Assembly: GCA_016748015.1 (NCBI GenBank)
Contig: JAAOMT010000198.1
Location: 108,797-172,796 of the forward strand
DNA length: 64,000 nucleotides
Reading direction: 5' to 3'
DNA from: Geosiphon pyriformis uo1
Lineage: Eukaryota > Fungi > Glomeromycota
Under the pieces are notes generated by a model. That model was given only the letters and a program-made list of their open reading frames with translations, was not told the DNA's origin and did no database searches. This document shows positions 51,301 through 64,000 of this stretch, in pieces. The translations under genes were made by a program, and so were the position numbers. How positions within the stretch are numbered: position 1 is the first letter of the stretch; each line of letters begins with the position of its first letter.

Positions 51301-52342
51301 GTATCTTTAGTTTGCCAAAATTTGAGCAAAAAGAAAAAGTGCAAGTTCATAGACTAGTACTACAACAAGTTGTATAAAAGAAGAGCTTTTCTCTTCTGGA
51401 AAATATATCTTACTTTAGATTTATCACTTAGAACCATTTCTACACACACAAAAAGAAATAAATATCAAATAATTCGAAAAACCAAACTCTTTAAATTATT
51501 GCACTTGGAAAATCCTCAAAACCCAACTAATGTTTTGAAATTGATTAGCTACCAATTTCAGTAAACTGTTAGTAACTCCAGGCCTGAATAGAAAACGTTT
51601 CTCTTGACAAAATTCTATTTCTTTTACATTTTTTTTATTTTTCTTTTCTTTTCTTATTACAATTATTAGGGTAGCCTACAGACAAGATTCCTGTAGAAGA
51701 GTTGACTTTCACAGTAAAGTAACTATACATTTTAGTGAGCTTCCAGACAAGCAATTCCTGGAAAAGAATTGACATTTACTACAACATAACTACATAAAGT
51801 AACTGGTACAGAATTGGCCATTCTACTTATAAGCTCAGCAAGTTCAAATTATAAAAAATAATTTGAAGATAAATTCAGTTATTAGAGGTTCAACTACTTC
51901 CTGAGAACGTGAATTCACAGCAAATCAATATTACTAACATTTAAGAAAAGAGACCAAAAACCTCCAGTAACAGTGGGCATTTGAACACCACACCCTTTTG
52001 ACGACTAATTGAAAGAATTTTGGTTATGTATTTCTTTGAGTAGTTGGTTTCACTTCTTGTTGCTGGTTGTGCTTCTGATACATATAAAAAGATATGACTT
52101 CTCTTTTCCCTTTTTCAAATACCTAAGACTGGTTCTTGTCCAAAAACAAATAATAATGACAATATTTTCTTTCACTTTTAATGACCTTATCACATATCCC
52201 TTTTGCTTTCTCACCTACTGAAATAGTTCATACACCCATGATATGCTATAGTCAGTAGTATAATTATAGTAATGTGTGTTCCAGGTAAAAGTTATTGTCA
52301 TTGCTAAGAAGTTACAAATCCCATAGCTTTCACTTGGTAACA
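48367..52342 (+). mobile_element. Non-coding LTR element G (two ~1.42-kb LTRs, 141-bp interior)
   Basis: TSD ACAT at 48363-48366 and 52343-52346. LTRs at 48367-49786 and 49928-52342. PBS TGGTGCCTC at 49789. Purine tract before 49928. Confidence 0.92.
50982..51972 (+). repeat. Solo LTR of family F inside the G 3' LTR
   Basis: TGTTACCAG...CCAGTAACA with perfect TSD GTGG. Confidence 0.95.
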
Positions 52343-53514
52343 ACATATTTGGCTAAATATTTATCTATAATTAAAGCAATATTAATATCTAAATATTTAA
52401 AATTCAAGCCAAAAGTAAATACTTTCATACTTAAAAACTTATTTGTAATCTAAAATTTAATACTAAACCAAAATTTAGTTTTAGTAATAATTAAAATATT
52501 ATTTTTCAATTTTTTATGCTATTTAATAATATTATTTTATTTGGCAAAAATATTTATTCTTTTAATATTACATATAACTATTTTTTAAGTTAAATTATTT
52601 ATTAGGAACAAAAAAAGAATACCATATTATTACATAAACTAAAAAACTTCAGTTTATTTATAATAAATTTAATTGAATTTTTTAAAACTATTATGCCAGT
52701 TTTTAAACCACCAATTTTGGCAGTCAAAACTTTAAATCTACTAAGAAATATGTCTTAGAAAACATTAGAATTAATACATAAAACAAAAAAAATAAGTAAC
52801 AGCTTATTAATAATTATGTTTATTATTGAATTAATATTCAAGACAGATATTTTAACAATATAAGTTAACAATAGCAAAAAAAAACATTTAATTTGCAAAA
52901 AATTCTAATAACTTAATTAAACAAAAATTCTAATAAATACTTAAAAATATTTAACCAAAAAACCAAAGTCAAAATAACAAGAACTTCTTTGAAACCATTA
53001 ATCAATATATTTACCAAAAAAGCACCAGTAAATAACTTGAAAAAAAATTGGTTTAGACTACTACTTATCACTAAAGCTCATGTTACTTTACTAAAAAAAA
53101 ACTGAATAAAACATAAAAATCTGTTTTTTAACATAAATAAAAGCAAGATGTTTTTTATTTGACTCTAAAAATAATTTTTTTTAAACTCTAACCAGATAGT
53201 TTAGAATTATTATTACATATAACTAAAATATAATCAAAATTTTTACACTTGGTATATTTAAGAAAAGATAAACCAGTCCAAACCAAATTAATGCTTTTAA
53301 ATATAAAAATTGAATAAATAATAACATTTTTGGCTATGACCAACTTAAAACACATAATAACATAATATACTTATATATAAAAAACAGAATTGCAAAAATT
53401 AGAGCATGTTTTTTCATTATAAGATTAAATTAAAACCTAAAAAATTATAAACAGTTATGTTTATTAGTAAAGTATATAAGAAAGTATAAAAATAATTATT
53501 TAGATCTTAAGTAT

Positions 53515-54160
53515 TATTACTTATAGAATATAGGAAGTATATATTAGCATAAATTAGCCAATCAGAAATAACCATAGTAAATGTAGAATTCTAGGATTCC
53601 TCTTAGAGGAATTGCAGAATTCCAGGAATTTCAGAATTCTTGTACAAGGAATCGCAAGATTCCAGAATTCCAGGATTTTTCTCAAGAGAAATTGCAGGAT
53701 TTCAGGAATTTTAGGATTTCTGGTGTAAGGAATTGAGGAATCAAGGAATCTCAATTATGTATATATAGCAGTAGTATTAAAAAGAAAAGAAAGCAGAATT
53801 CTTTAGTTAAAGACCTCTCAGTTTAGATTTGATCTAAGCAACCTTCTATTCACAACTATTAATAAATAATTATTCACTATTTCAAATTCACTCTCTACTA
53901 TCAACATGAAGTGTTGATAGTAATTGATATGTAAACACACTGGAACAATAGCTTTTGATCATGGCTATTGATAAGATACTAACTATTATCACCTTAGCTT
54001 ATTTCTTATTTCTTTTTTTTTATTTCTTTTTTTGTTATTTACTAATTGATTCAAAGAATTAAGCATTAAGATACAAATATCATAGAGACTGGTAAAAGAC
54101 CCGTGAAACAAGGGTAAAACACTCATAGATTTGAGAATAACTTATCAGGAGAATTACCGG
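53515..54160 (+). repeat. C-family LTR, cut by insertion of F
   Basis: Collinear with 26301-26900. Ends at CCGG abutting the F LTR. Confidence 0.88.
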
Positions 54161-55158
54161 TGTTACTGGAGGTTTTTGGTTTCTTTTCTTGAATATTGTA
54201 AATGTCTGTTGGTTGTAAATTCATGTTTTCTAGAAGTAGTTGAACCTCCAGTACTGAATTTATCTTCAAATTATTTCTTATAATTTGAACTGCTGGGCTT
54301 ATAAGTAGAATGGCCAATTCTGTGTCAGTTACTTTGTGTAGTTATATTGTAGTAAACGTCAACTCTTTCTTAGGAATTGCTCGTTTGGAAGCTCACCAAA
54401 ATGTGTAGTTACTTTGCTGTGAAAGTCAACCTTTCTACAAAAATCTTGTCTGTAGGCTACCCTAATAATTATAATAAGAAAATAAAAGAAAATAAAAGAA
54501 ATGTAAAAGAAATTGAATTCTGTCAAGGGAAACGTTTTCTATTTAGGCCTGGAGTCACTAACAGTTTATTGAAATTGGTAGCTAATCAATTTCAAAACAT
54601 TAGTTGGGTTTTGGGGATTTTCCAAGTGCAATAATTAAAGAATTTGGTTTTTTAAATTATTTGATATTTATTTCTTTTTGTGTGTATAGGAATGGTTCTA
54701 AGTAATAAATCTAAAATAAGATATATTTTCTTGAAAAGAAAAGCTTTTTTTTTATACAACTTGTTGTAATACTAGTCTATGAACTTGCACTTTTTCTCTT
54801 TGCTCAAATTTCGGCAAACTAAAGATACATTTTGATGGACTACAAGTTATTTCGCTGAACTATTGATTAATTTGGATGAACTATTCATAATTTTGGCAAA
54901 TTTCTATAAATTTCGGCGAATTTCTGTAAATTTCGGTGAACTTTTGAATATTACAAAGTTCAGGGTATTGTGTAATTTGATTATCCTACTTTTTGTTATA
55001 CTAATTGAATTATTTAATTGAATCGTGATATGTGATAATTGATTAAATAATAAATGATAATTTGAAATGATATTAATATACTAATTAATTATAAAAATTA
55101 TAAGAGTAATTTCATGCTAATTAATAGCTAAAATTCTACTAGTAACATAATCTCCTCC

Positions 55159-55850
55159 TCAAGACTGAGCTCCATTAAAGTCCAAGCACTATCTGTAATA
55201 TTGAGATAGTGATCCAAAATAATTGAAGTAATCTGGTCTGAAAATTGTTGAAATTTCAGTTCTGTAAGTTTGCCAATATATTGGACTTTTATTGGTTGCA
55301 GTATTGGATTTATAGAACATTTTCACAAGTATTAAACAAATCATAGAGTCTAGAAGCTGCTCTAAATTTGTAGCAAGTGTTTGTTGGTCCAGCTGCTGTT
55401 TTGAATTCATTATGAATTTGTTTTTGTATAGCTTTAGGAGTGAGATTTGTTGTTTTAAGTTCCAGTTTTTGTTCATAAAGTGTCTTTCTAATGTGAAAGT
55501 ATTTATAGATAGGGGTGTGTTCATTGTTCTGTTCATTAAGAAGTAGTAAAAGTTTTTGTTGCATTGTAGCATTTGGTGAAATGTAAATAGGAGCAATTAA
55601 AAGATTTTCTTCCAGTGCTTGCTTCAAAAGTCTTGGTAACTTATTTTTAGAGTGACTTCTTGTTTTTCTTCTATAGAAATGATAGTTCTGTAAATGATTT
55701 ACTACTGGGACTGTGGTTTCTTTCTGAATGTAATTAATTTGACTTCCATTAATCGTTATGGATAAGTCAGGAAGTGTTTTCAAGGCTAACATTAACTTTT
55801 GGGATATTTGTTGAATATTTTGGGAAATAATTATAATAAAATTGACTAAT
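55159..55850 (-). pseudogene. Post-integrase ORF3 of F
   Basis: LSITINGSQINY...YKYFHIRKTL...KFRAASRLYDLF, then after a frameshift IKVQYIGKLTELKFQQF. Start uncertain. Confidence 0.72.
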
Positions 55851-55979
55851 TATGAAAAGGGAGAATAAAGAAAATTATTTTTGGATATGGGGTTTTTATT
55901 TGTTTTTGGGTTTGGGTGTTTTTTGTAATTATTTACTATTTTTTGTCTTTGTGTTTTTATTAAAAAATTATTGTAAAAT

Positions 55980-57366
55980 TTAAGTGTTCAAGTTTGGTTG
56001 TTGTTCTATTATAATTATTGGTTTTAAATTTTGGGGAATATCTTTAGGATTAATTAAAGGGGAATGTGTACCAATTTGTGAAATTAATGTTTTAGAATTG
56101 TTTCTGGAATAATAGTGTTTCAATCTGTCTCCATGTGCAACTTTTGCTAGTATTTTATTATTAAGTCTTAACTTATATGATCTATTGCCTAGAATTTCGT
56201 GAATATAAAATGGTCCATTCCATTTGTTTTCAAATTTTCCACTCTATTGTTTTTCAGTCTTAGTTTTGTGTAAGAGAACTTTATTTCCAACTTTAAATTC
56301 ATTGATAATGGGTGGTAATTTGTTGTCATGTCTTTCTTTTTGTTGAGCTTGGAAATGTTTAATGTGAGTTGCTGCTATCCTTTTTTTTCCTTCTAGTGTA
56401 CTGAAAAGAGTATAGGCCCTTCTTTAGAGTGTTTTTTGAAAGTTTTCTTCATTAATTGGTTGGACTGGGTATGTTTCTACTGTGAAATTAATTGGTAATG
56501 TTGCTGTCTTTTCATAAGTAAAGTCAAATAGTGTGTGTTTCGTAGTATCTTGTTTTAGTGTTCTGTATGCTAGTAACACTGATGGAATAAAGATATCCCA
56601 TTTTTGCTCAAAATCTGTTGAGACTTTGGCCAATGATTCACACAATGTTCTGTTAAAACGGTCTACAAGTCCATTTGTTTAAGGGTAATAAGATGATAAT
56701 AGAAGTCTTTTGACATTGAATCATTCACAAATTTTTTGTATCAAGTTGTTCACAAAATGTGTTCCTTGATCAGATAAAAGTTCAATTGGGCATCCATGTC
56801 TACAAATAATGTCTTCATAGATGAAATTTGCTACTGATTTTGTATCTGCTTTTGGGATGGCTCTAGCTTCAGACCATTTGGTAAGATAATCTACTGCTAC
56901 TGCAATATAACGATTTCCTTGGGTTGTGATAGATAATAGTCTGACTAAATCAATTCCAACTCTGTCAAATGGTTGTCCAACTTTGATTGGATTTAAAGGT
57001 TCTGTAGGGCAAGTTCCTTCTTTTCTTTGACAACTATTACAAGATTCTATATATTGTTGAATGTTTTTTTGCATGTGAGGCCAAAAATAATGTTCAAGAG
57101 TTCTTTGAATTGTTCCATCTCTTCCCAAGTGTGCTGAAAACGGATCTGTGTGCATGTTATATAAAATTGTTTTTTTTTTCATTTTTCTGTACTAATCTGA
57201 ATGGTTGGTTTGGGTTTTTACGATTTTTGTAATAGATTTTGTTGTGGTGTATAAAATATTGTTTGAATTGGTGTTATAATCGATGTTTTTCACTTGGAGA
57301 CCAATTTTCTGGTATGGTGAGAGTCTCCAAATAGTTTTTGATGTTGTTGTAGTTTTCTGAATCCAT
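55980..57366 (-). pseudogene. int: Integrase of F, separate ORF
   Basis: ATG at 57366 (MDSENY); MHTDPFSAH..CNSC, GIDLV, SDQG. One homopolymer frameshift at ~57170-57179. Confidence 0.9.
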
Positions 57367-57422
57367 TGTTGTTAATTTTGTTGTTTGTTCTACTGTTAAG
57401 TTTGTTGGTGTTGATGTTGGTA

Positions 57423-60400
57423 TTAATATTGTCTTATCTTTAAGAGGCTGTCAACATTAGTGTGTATTTTTCTTGGTTTGTGGTGTACAATATATTTGTA
57501 GTCTGCTAAGAAGTTATTCTATTGAGACTGTTTGGCACTTTTTTCAGTTTTCTTTTTATTGAGCCATTTGAGACCAATATTGTCAGTTATGATATCAAAT
57601 TCTTTTCCATTCTTCAGATATTGTTGAAAATGTTTAAGAGCTCAGATGACTGTGGCAGCTTCTAATTCAGTTGAGCTGTATTTTAGTTCTGTTAGTTTGA
57701 GTGTTCTATTAGCATAGACGATGACTTGTTCTTGCCCATTTTCATCCAATTGTGATAAGATGGCACCAAATGCTATGTGTAAAGCATCAGTGGCTAATTG
57801 GAACCGTTTGTTAAAGTCTGGGTAAGCAAGAACTGGGGCTGTTGTCAATTTTGTTTTGAGAGTTTCAAAAGCTTTTTGTTGTTCTTTAGTCCATTTGTAT
57901 GGCACGTTTTTGTTGGTAATATAATTGAGTGGTTTGGCAATTTCTGAGAATCCTTTTATGAATTTTCAATAGTAAGAGGCTAATCCTACAAATCTTTATA
58001 GTTCTGTGGTATTTCTGGGAGTTTGAAAGTTTTTAACAGCACTGATTGTTCCTGGGTTTGGTTTGACTCCATCTTTACTAACTATGTGTCCAAGAAAAAT
58101 CAAGCTTGTTTTTCCAAAGTGACATTTTTTAATGTTTAACTTTAATCCTGTTTTTCATAATCATTGAAAAACTTCTTGCAGGTGAATAAAGTGGACTTCA
58201 AAGCTTGGTGAGTATACATCAATATTATCAAGATAGACAACTACTAATTGCCACAAAAGCTCTTCATATACAACATCCATGAGTTACTGAAATGTTGCTG
58301 GTATATTGCAGAGTCCAAAAGGCATAACATTGAAATCATAGTTTCCTCTTTAGGTAGTAAATGCTGTTTTGGGTTGGTTTTTTGGGTCCATTTCAACTTG
58401 CCAGTATCCACTTTTCAAGTCCAAAGTTGAGAAGAACTTGGCTTTTCCTAAAGCATCTAACATGTCATCAATTCTTAAAAGAGGGTAGGCATCTTCAATT
58501 ATCACACTGTTCAATTGGCAATAGTTAACACAAAATCTGATTTTTCTATTTTTCTTTTTGACAAGGACTACTGGTGAGGCCCAAGGACTTCTTGATGGTT
58601 GAATCAATCCATTATTAAGCATTCTCTGGACTTTTTCTCTGATAAATTGGTAACTGGCAGGTGGTACTCTGTAAGTTTGCTGACATTTTGGTGAAGCATT
58701 TCCTGTATGGATCTAATGTTGAACAATATCCGTTTTTCCCAAGTCATTGTTGTCTTTTGCAAATATATCTGCAAATTCAGCTATCAATTGTTTCAATTGT
58801 CTTTGTTGTTAAGGTTCTAAGGGATCCATGTTGATACAAGAGAGTTTTTTTTTCCAAAAGATAGTAGTTTTTAGTGGTGAGAATGATATTTGGATTTGGG
58901 AATAGAGTGTGCCTTACAATTTCGATAAAATTAGAGACAATTTGAGGGTTTTCATCTTGAAAAATATTGCTGTGTATGATTCCAATCTCTAATTTGTTTA
59001 ATAAAACAATAGGGTAATTATTGGGGTTGTAGAATATAACTCGAAATTTTTTTATTTCTTTGGGAATATAAATGTTTGGAATTAAAATTTCATGCTTCAA
59101 ACAGATTTGTTCATTGGATTCAAAGATTTGTTGGGTAGTAGTGGGTTTTGAACAAGTGTAAATTTTATGATGTTCTCCAAAAGGTGAAATGGTAATTGGT
59201 TGGGGAAGTTGAAGAATCTGGTGAGATTTATTTTGTATTTTAAAGGCTATGTTTACTGGAACTGTAAATTGTCCAGTTGAACCAAAACTTTGAGTTTCTC
59301 TTTCACTTTTTTCCAATTGTTCTCTGTTGTTAACTGATTGTAGACCCGAAATATTGATTAAGAGTAGGTAAATTGCTTGAGTGATTTTTTCAGCATGTTC
59401 AATCTTGAATAATTTGTCTGTTTCATTCTGCAACATAATGGTAATGTCTCCAGTGTATTCTGCATTTATAACTCCTCCTCTAATATTGATTTCTTTGCTT
59501 GCCAATGATGATTTGGAGGCAATTTGAACCATTGCTCTAGGTGGAATTTCAAGAGTAATTTTGAGATTGATTTTTGTCAAAGACTTTGGTTAGAGAACCA
59601 AAGTATCTTTTTCTGGGTATCTTAGGTTATATCCGGCATCAATTTTGTGTGCTTTTTCTGGTCTGATTCCTTGGCCATGGTTGTCAAAATATTTAAGTTG
59701 TAGAGGTGGTTGCTTTTCAAGGAAATAGATGGAGGTGGTTGGTAGTTTTTCTACTAGTTCAGATACTCCAAATTTGATTTCATTTTCATTATTCTCCTCT
59801 GGCAGGAGAATGCTAAGAGCATAGCATTTTAAACACCATTGGTCATCACAAGGCATGATGCATTCTTCACACAATTGAATGTTCATTTGCTCTAATTGTT
59901 GAATTTGAGCTTCTTTGGTTAGATATGTGTGACTTGCAATTTGGTAATGTGTTTCTGCTTCATCTTCATAATCAAATCCAGCTAATTCCATGGTATACTC
60001 AATGTATTCAGCTTCTTTCATTTGACAGACATCTTCTTAAGTGGCTCCATTTATCAATGCTATTGCTAGGTCAAAAATTATTTCAGCATCATGAGGGTAG
60101 TGGTAAAGTTTATTGAGAGCACTGTTGTATGCTGCATCAAATGATGTTCCTTTTCTGACTTTTTCCGAAATTGATAGAGCATATTGACAGGTTTGATCAC
60201 ATACTCTTCCTCTCATTACAACATCAATCCAGTTGTATTCTTCTGGTAACATATTTCTACATGTAAGGTAAGGTGTGTTGTTCCATTTTCTACTTCTTTT
60301 TGGAAATCCAAATCGTTCTCTATGGCATGCTTTGCAAAAGTAACAGATACGAGTTTCATATTCCTTTTCTGAAGAAATACATGCTTCCATTGATGAAAGT

Positions 60401-63046
60401 TTCTTGTTGCAATCTTTGCATTTGAGTAGAATATAGGGTGGTTGTTTCCATGGTTCTAGTATAGAATATCTAACTTTCTTCCATCCTCTTAATTCTTCAA
60501 AAATCTCCTGTTTTGTTTCTTTAGCCCAATTGGATGTTAATCCAAGAGCCATGTAGGTTTCAATAAGTGGCATTTCTTTTTCCTCTTCAAATTCAAATAC
60601 TGGGGCTTTTTCTGATTGTTTGTTAAAAGTACTACAAATAGCAAGTACTATGGTGTATTGTCTTTGGTATAAGATTTTTAATTCCTGAGTTTCTCAGTCC
60701 AAGTTTGCATTGGCCTTAAAAAGCCAATTATTTTCGACCAGAGCTTGGTATTGGAGTGTATCTATGATTAGAACTTTGACTAGAATGGTAATTCCATCAA
60801 TAGTGAATAGAAAATTGTCAATTTCTCCTACTGGTGTCTTTTTCATATCATCTGCTATAACAATTACAATTTGGGCTGGTCTGTCAACAGTTCTTTGAAG
60901 CTGTTGTATTAACTGGTAGGTGATAATACTTCCAGCTGATCCACTGTCTAGAATTAGTCAGATGGATTTTTCTTCTACTGTAGCTTCAGTATACATGGCA
61001 GTGATAGCTTTTTGTTCATTAGCTGCTGTATTACTAAGCAAGAATGGTGATTCATTTGCTTCAAATTTGAATGGGAATATATCTGAAAGGTTGGCATTTT
61101 GGGCAATTTGAGCTGGTGGAATAGTGTTGTTGGAAGAGTTTGATCTGGGTGCTGCAACTTCACTTTCAGAAAGTGCAGATTGTTGAAAATCCGATTCCTC
61201 TGGTATTTTAAGATAACTGGGTTGAGTGTGATAGTGATTGGGTCTTTGCTGACCAGAATTTCGGAGAACCAACTGGTTATTTGGATTAATTCTGTTGTTG
61301 TTATTTTGAAATTGATTTTGAAGTGTGAATTGGTTATGTTAAACCAATCTTCTTGCTAGTACTTGATATTGTTGAGTGGGTGGTATCTAATATTGCTGAA
61401 TTGATAAAGGTTGCTAATATTGTTGTTGAATTGGTTGTGAAGCTGGTTGATAATAGCTGTTTTGAATTTGTAATCTCAGTAAATAATAAGTTGGTGGTGG
61501 GAGTTGGTAATAAGATTGTTGTAGTAAAGAGTAACATTGATTACTCCTGTTTTGTTGGTCTCTTTGTAGTTTCTTGCAATCTCGTTTCCAGTGTTCTGGA
61601 ATTCCACAATAGTGACAATTTTGAGATTGGTTGTTGGATGATAGTCCAAAGTTGTTTTGGTTGCATCACTATGATGGTTGATATTTTTGTGATTGTTGCT
61701 GCTGTTGTTGCTGGTTTGTAAAATAGCTTTCAACCTTTTTTGTGAGTTGGTCTATTTTTTCTTCAGCTGCTAAGCTGGTTTCTCCAATAGCCAAGTTAAC
61801 AAGTTTGGTGTGGTTTGCTTTTTCCATAGCCATTTCATAATTCTTTGCATGTCTAATGGCAGTTGCTAAGTCTGCTGAAGCATGTAGACAGACTTTCTTA
61901 ATCAGTTTGTCTTTTAACCCTGCTATAAACTGATCCAGAATTTGAGCATCAGAATAGTAGTTATTGGTTTCCAATTGTTGAATTCATCTGAGAAGTTTGT
62001 TGAATCTTCCAAGATAGGTCATAACAGTTTCAGATGTTTCTTGCTTGATATTGTGAAAGTGGTTTCTAAGAGTAATAGAAGTGTTGTTGTCAGTAAATTG
62101 TTGTAGAAAAGCATCTTTGAATGCTTGCCAGTTTTCAAATGGTTCTTCTAAGTTTTTAAACCATTCTTCTGCAGTTCCTTGGAGAAAGTATGGAATTGTT
62201 TTGAGCATTTTTGCTGCATTCCAACCATTTGCATCTCCTGCTTTTTGAACTTTGTCAAGCCATTCTTGAGAGCTAGTATCATTATCTTCACCCGTGAATT
62301 CTGGAATCTTTGCAATATAAGCAGTTGCCATTTCTTCTTTGTTTTCTGTGGCTTCTTCTGGTTCTGGTTCAGTTTCTTCACTTTCCAAGCTTTCTGAATG
62401 ATTACTTTCGTTTTTCTGTAAGTAATTAATGATATTGGCACTTGTTGATATTGATTCCTGTTGTTAAGTAGGATTTCTAGATGACTAAAAATCTTCTGGT
62501 CTGGAAAAATGGTTAAGTAGTGAACTTGGTGTTTGTGATTGAACAAGTAAAATTGAAAATGGTGTAATAGAAAGTGGTAATTTAACACTAGTTCTTTGTT
62601 CAGGTGTTTGCAAGTGTTTGGCAGTTGTTTTTGGTAGTATTGGAGTGTTTGGAGTGGTTCTTGAGTATTATTTCACTTTGTTTGTCTTTGTTGCTTGTTT
62701 CTGTTTTTAATTCAAAGTTAAAAGAATATTTGGGCTATACTGGATATTTTTCTTCACAGTACTCAATAATATTAAAATTAAGTTTTTGGAAGTAGATAGC
62801 AAATGTTTCACTGTTCAGGTCTTCTGTTCTCAATTGTGAATAATGCACTAAATTATTGTAGAGATTGCTTCTAACTTCTGAAATGTTGTAGTTTCCAAAA
62901 AGATAATTGTTGATGTGATTTTCAATATATTGGTATACTGATTTCTTGACAACTTCAATTTCGTCTGGGATGTTGAATCTTTGCTTGCAGTGAGTGTAAA
63001 TTGACTGATAATACTCTAGAGTTGTTGTGTCTGGTGTGGTTGCCAC
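57423..63046 (-). pseudogene. gag-pol: gag-PR-Cys-rich-dUTPase-RT-RNaseH of F
   Basis: IPEFTGED, CKDC/CKAC/CDQTC, DAGYNL, GGVINAEYTG, LDLKSGYWQ, LATDA. Confidence 0.92.
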
Positions 63047-64000
63047 TTTGAATTTGTTGTTGCTGTGTTATTTCTATGGGAGAGCACCAAATGTTACCAG
63101 AGGTTTTTGGTCTCTTTTCTTAAATGTTGTAAATGTCTGTTGGTTGCAAATTCACGTTTTCTAGAAGTAGTTGAACCTCCAGTACTGAATTTATTTTCAA
63201 ATTATTTTCTATAATTTGAACTGCTGGGCTTATAAGTAGAATGGCCAATTCTGTGCCAGTTACTTTGTGTAGTTATGTTGTAGTAAACATCAACTCTTTC
63301 TTAGAAATTGCTTGTCTGGAAGCTCACCAAAATGTGTAGTTACTTTGTTGTGAAAATCAACCCTTCTACAAAAATCTTGTCTGTAGGCTACTCTAATGAT
63401 TATAGTAAGAAAATAAAAGAAAATAAAAGAAATGTAAAAGAAATTGAATTCTGTCAAGGGAAACATTTTCTATTCAGGCCTGGAGTTACTAACAGTTTAC
63501 TGAAATTGGTAGCTAATCAATTTCAAAACATTAGTTGGGTTTTGGAGATTTTCCAAGTGCAATAATTAAAGAATTTGGTTTTTTAAATTATTTGATATTT
63601 ATTTCTTTTTGTGTGTATAGGAATGATTCTAAGTAATAAATCTAAAGTAAGATACATTTTTTTGAAGAGAAAAGCTTTTTTTTTATACAACTTGTTGTAA
63701 TACTAGTCTATGAATTTGCACTTTTTCTTTTTGCTCAAATTTCGGCGAACTAAAGATACATTTTGATGGACTACAAGTTATTTCGCTGAATTATTGATTA
63801 ATTTGAGTAAATTATCCATAATTTTGGCAAATTTCTATAAATTTTGGCAAATTTCTTATAAATTTTGGCGAATTTTTGTAAATTTTGGTGAACTTTTGAA
63901 TGTTACAAAGTTCAGGGTATTGTGTAATTTGATCATCCTACTTTTTGTTATACTAATTAGATTATTTAATTAAATCGTGATATGTAATAATTGATTAAAT

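Larger units (their letters stand above)
43034..53450 (-). mobile_element. Heavily decayed LINE interrupted by a solo LTR and by element G
   Basis: ORF 44676-44990 aligns with 38984-39601. ILEDNFN matches ILDGDFN. The KIYNR|KFVKFFG reading is continuous across the LTR insertion. Ends approximate. Confidence 0.8.
54161..64000 (-). mobile_element. Ty3/Gypsy element, family F (5' LTR runs off the window)
   Basis: 3' LTR at 54161-55147, PPT gaggaggaga, 5' LTR from 63092, PBS at 63080-63089, full domain set. Confidence 0.95.

Noticed and set aside
54377-54634. Recurrent small ORFs in LTRs (also 63308-63565, 49480-49665, 52009-52221, 51370-51564)
   Set aside because: They recur only because the LTR is repeated. 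They have non-ATG starts and no recognisable motifs.

Overview
This window is eukaryotic repeat DNA with no intact host gene, rRNA, tRNA or CRISPR array. It is a nest of decayed retroelements; a Glomeromycotina-type fungus is my unverified guess from protein style and composition. It holds four diverged Ty3/Gypsy LTR families: A (1-7467, +), C (9814-27123, +, split by D), D (11161-22353, -, complete) and F (54161->64000, -). It also holds a deleted A-family copy (B), three solo LTRs, a truncated LTR, a non-coding LTR element G (48367-52342), one full-length LINE (34301-41209) and two or three older LINE relics. The Gypsy families share an unusual layout. A single gag-protease-Cys-rich-dUTPase-RT-RNaseH frame starts at GUG in D and F and stops just after RNase H. 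Integrase follows as a separate ATG-initiated ORF. A conserved non-env third ORF ends at the PPT. The LTRs carry family-specific tandem arrays, a covarying hairpin and anti-PBS sequences. Decay is dominated by C:G to T:A changes. All comparisons were made by eye; no database searches were run.
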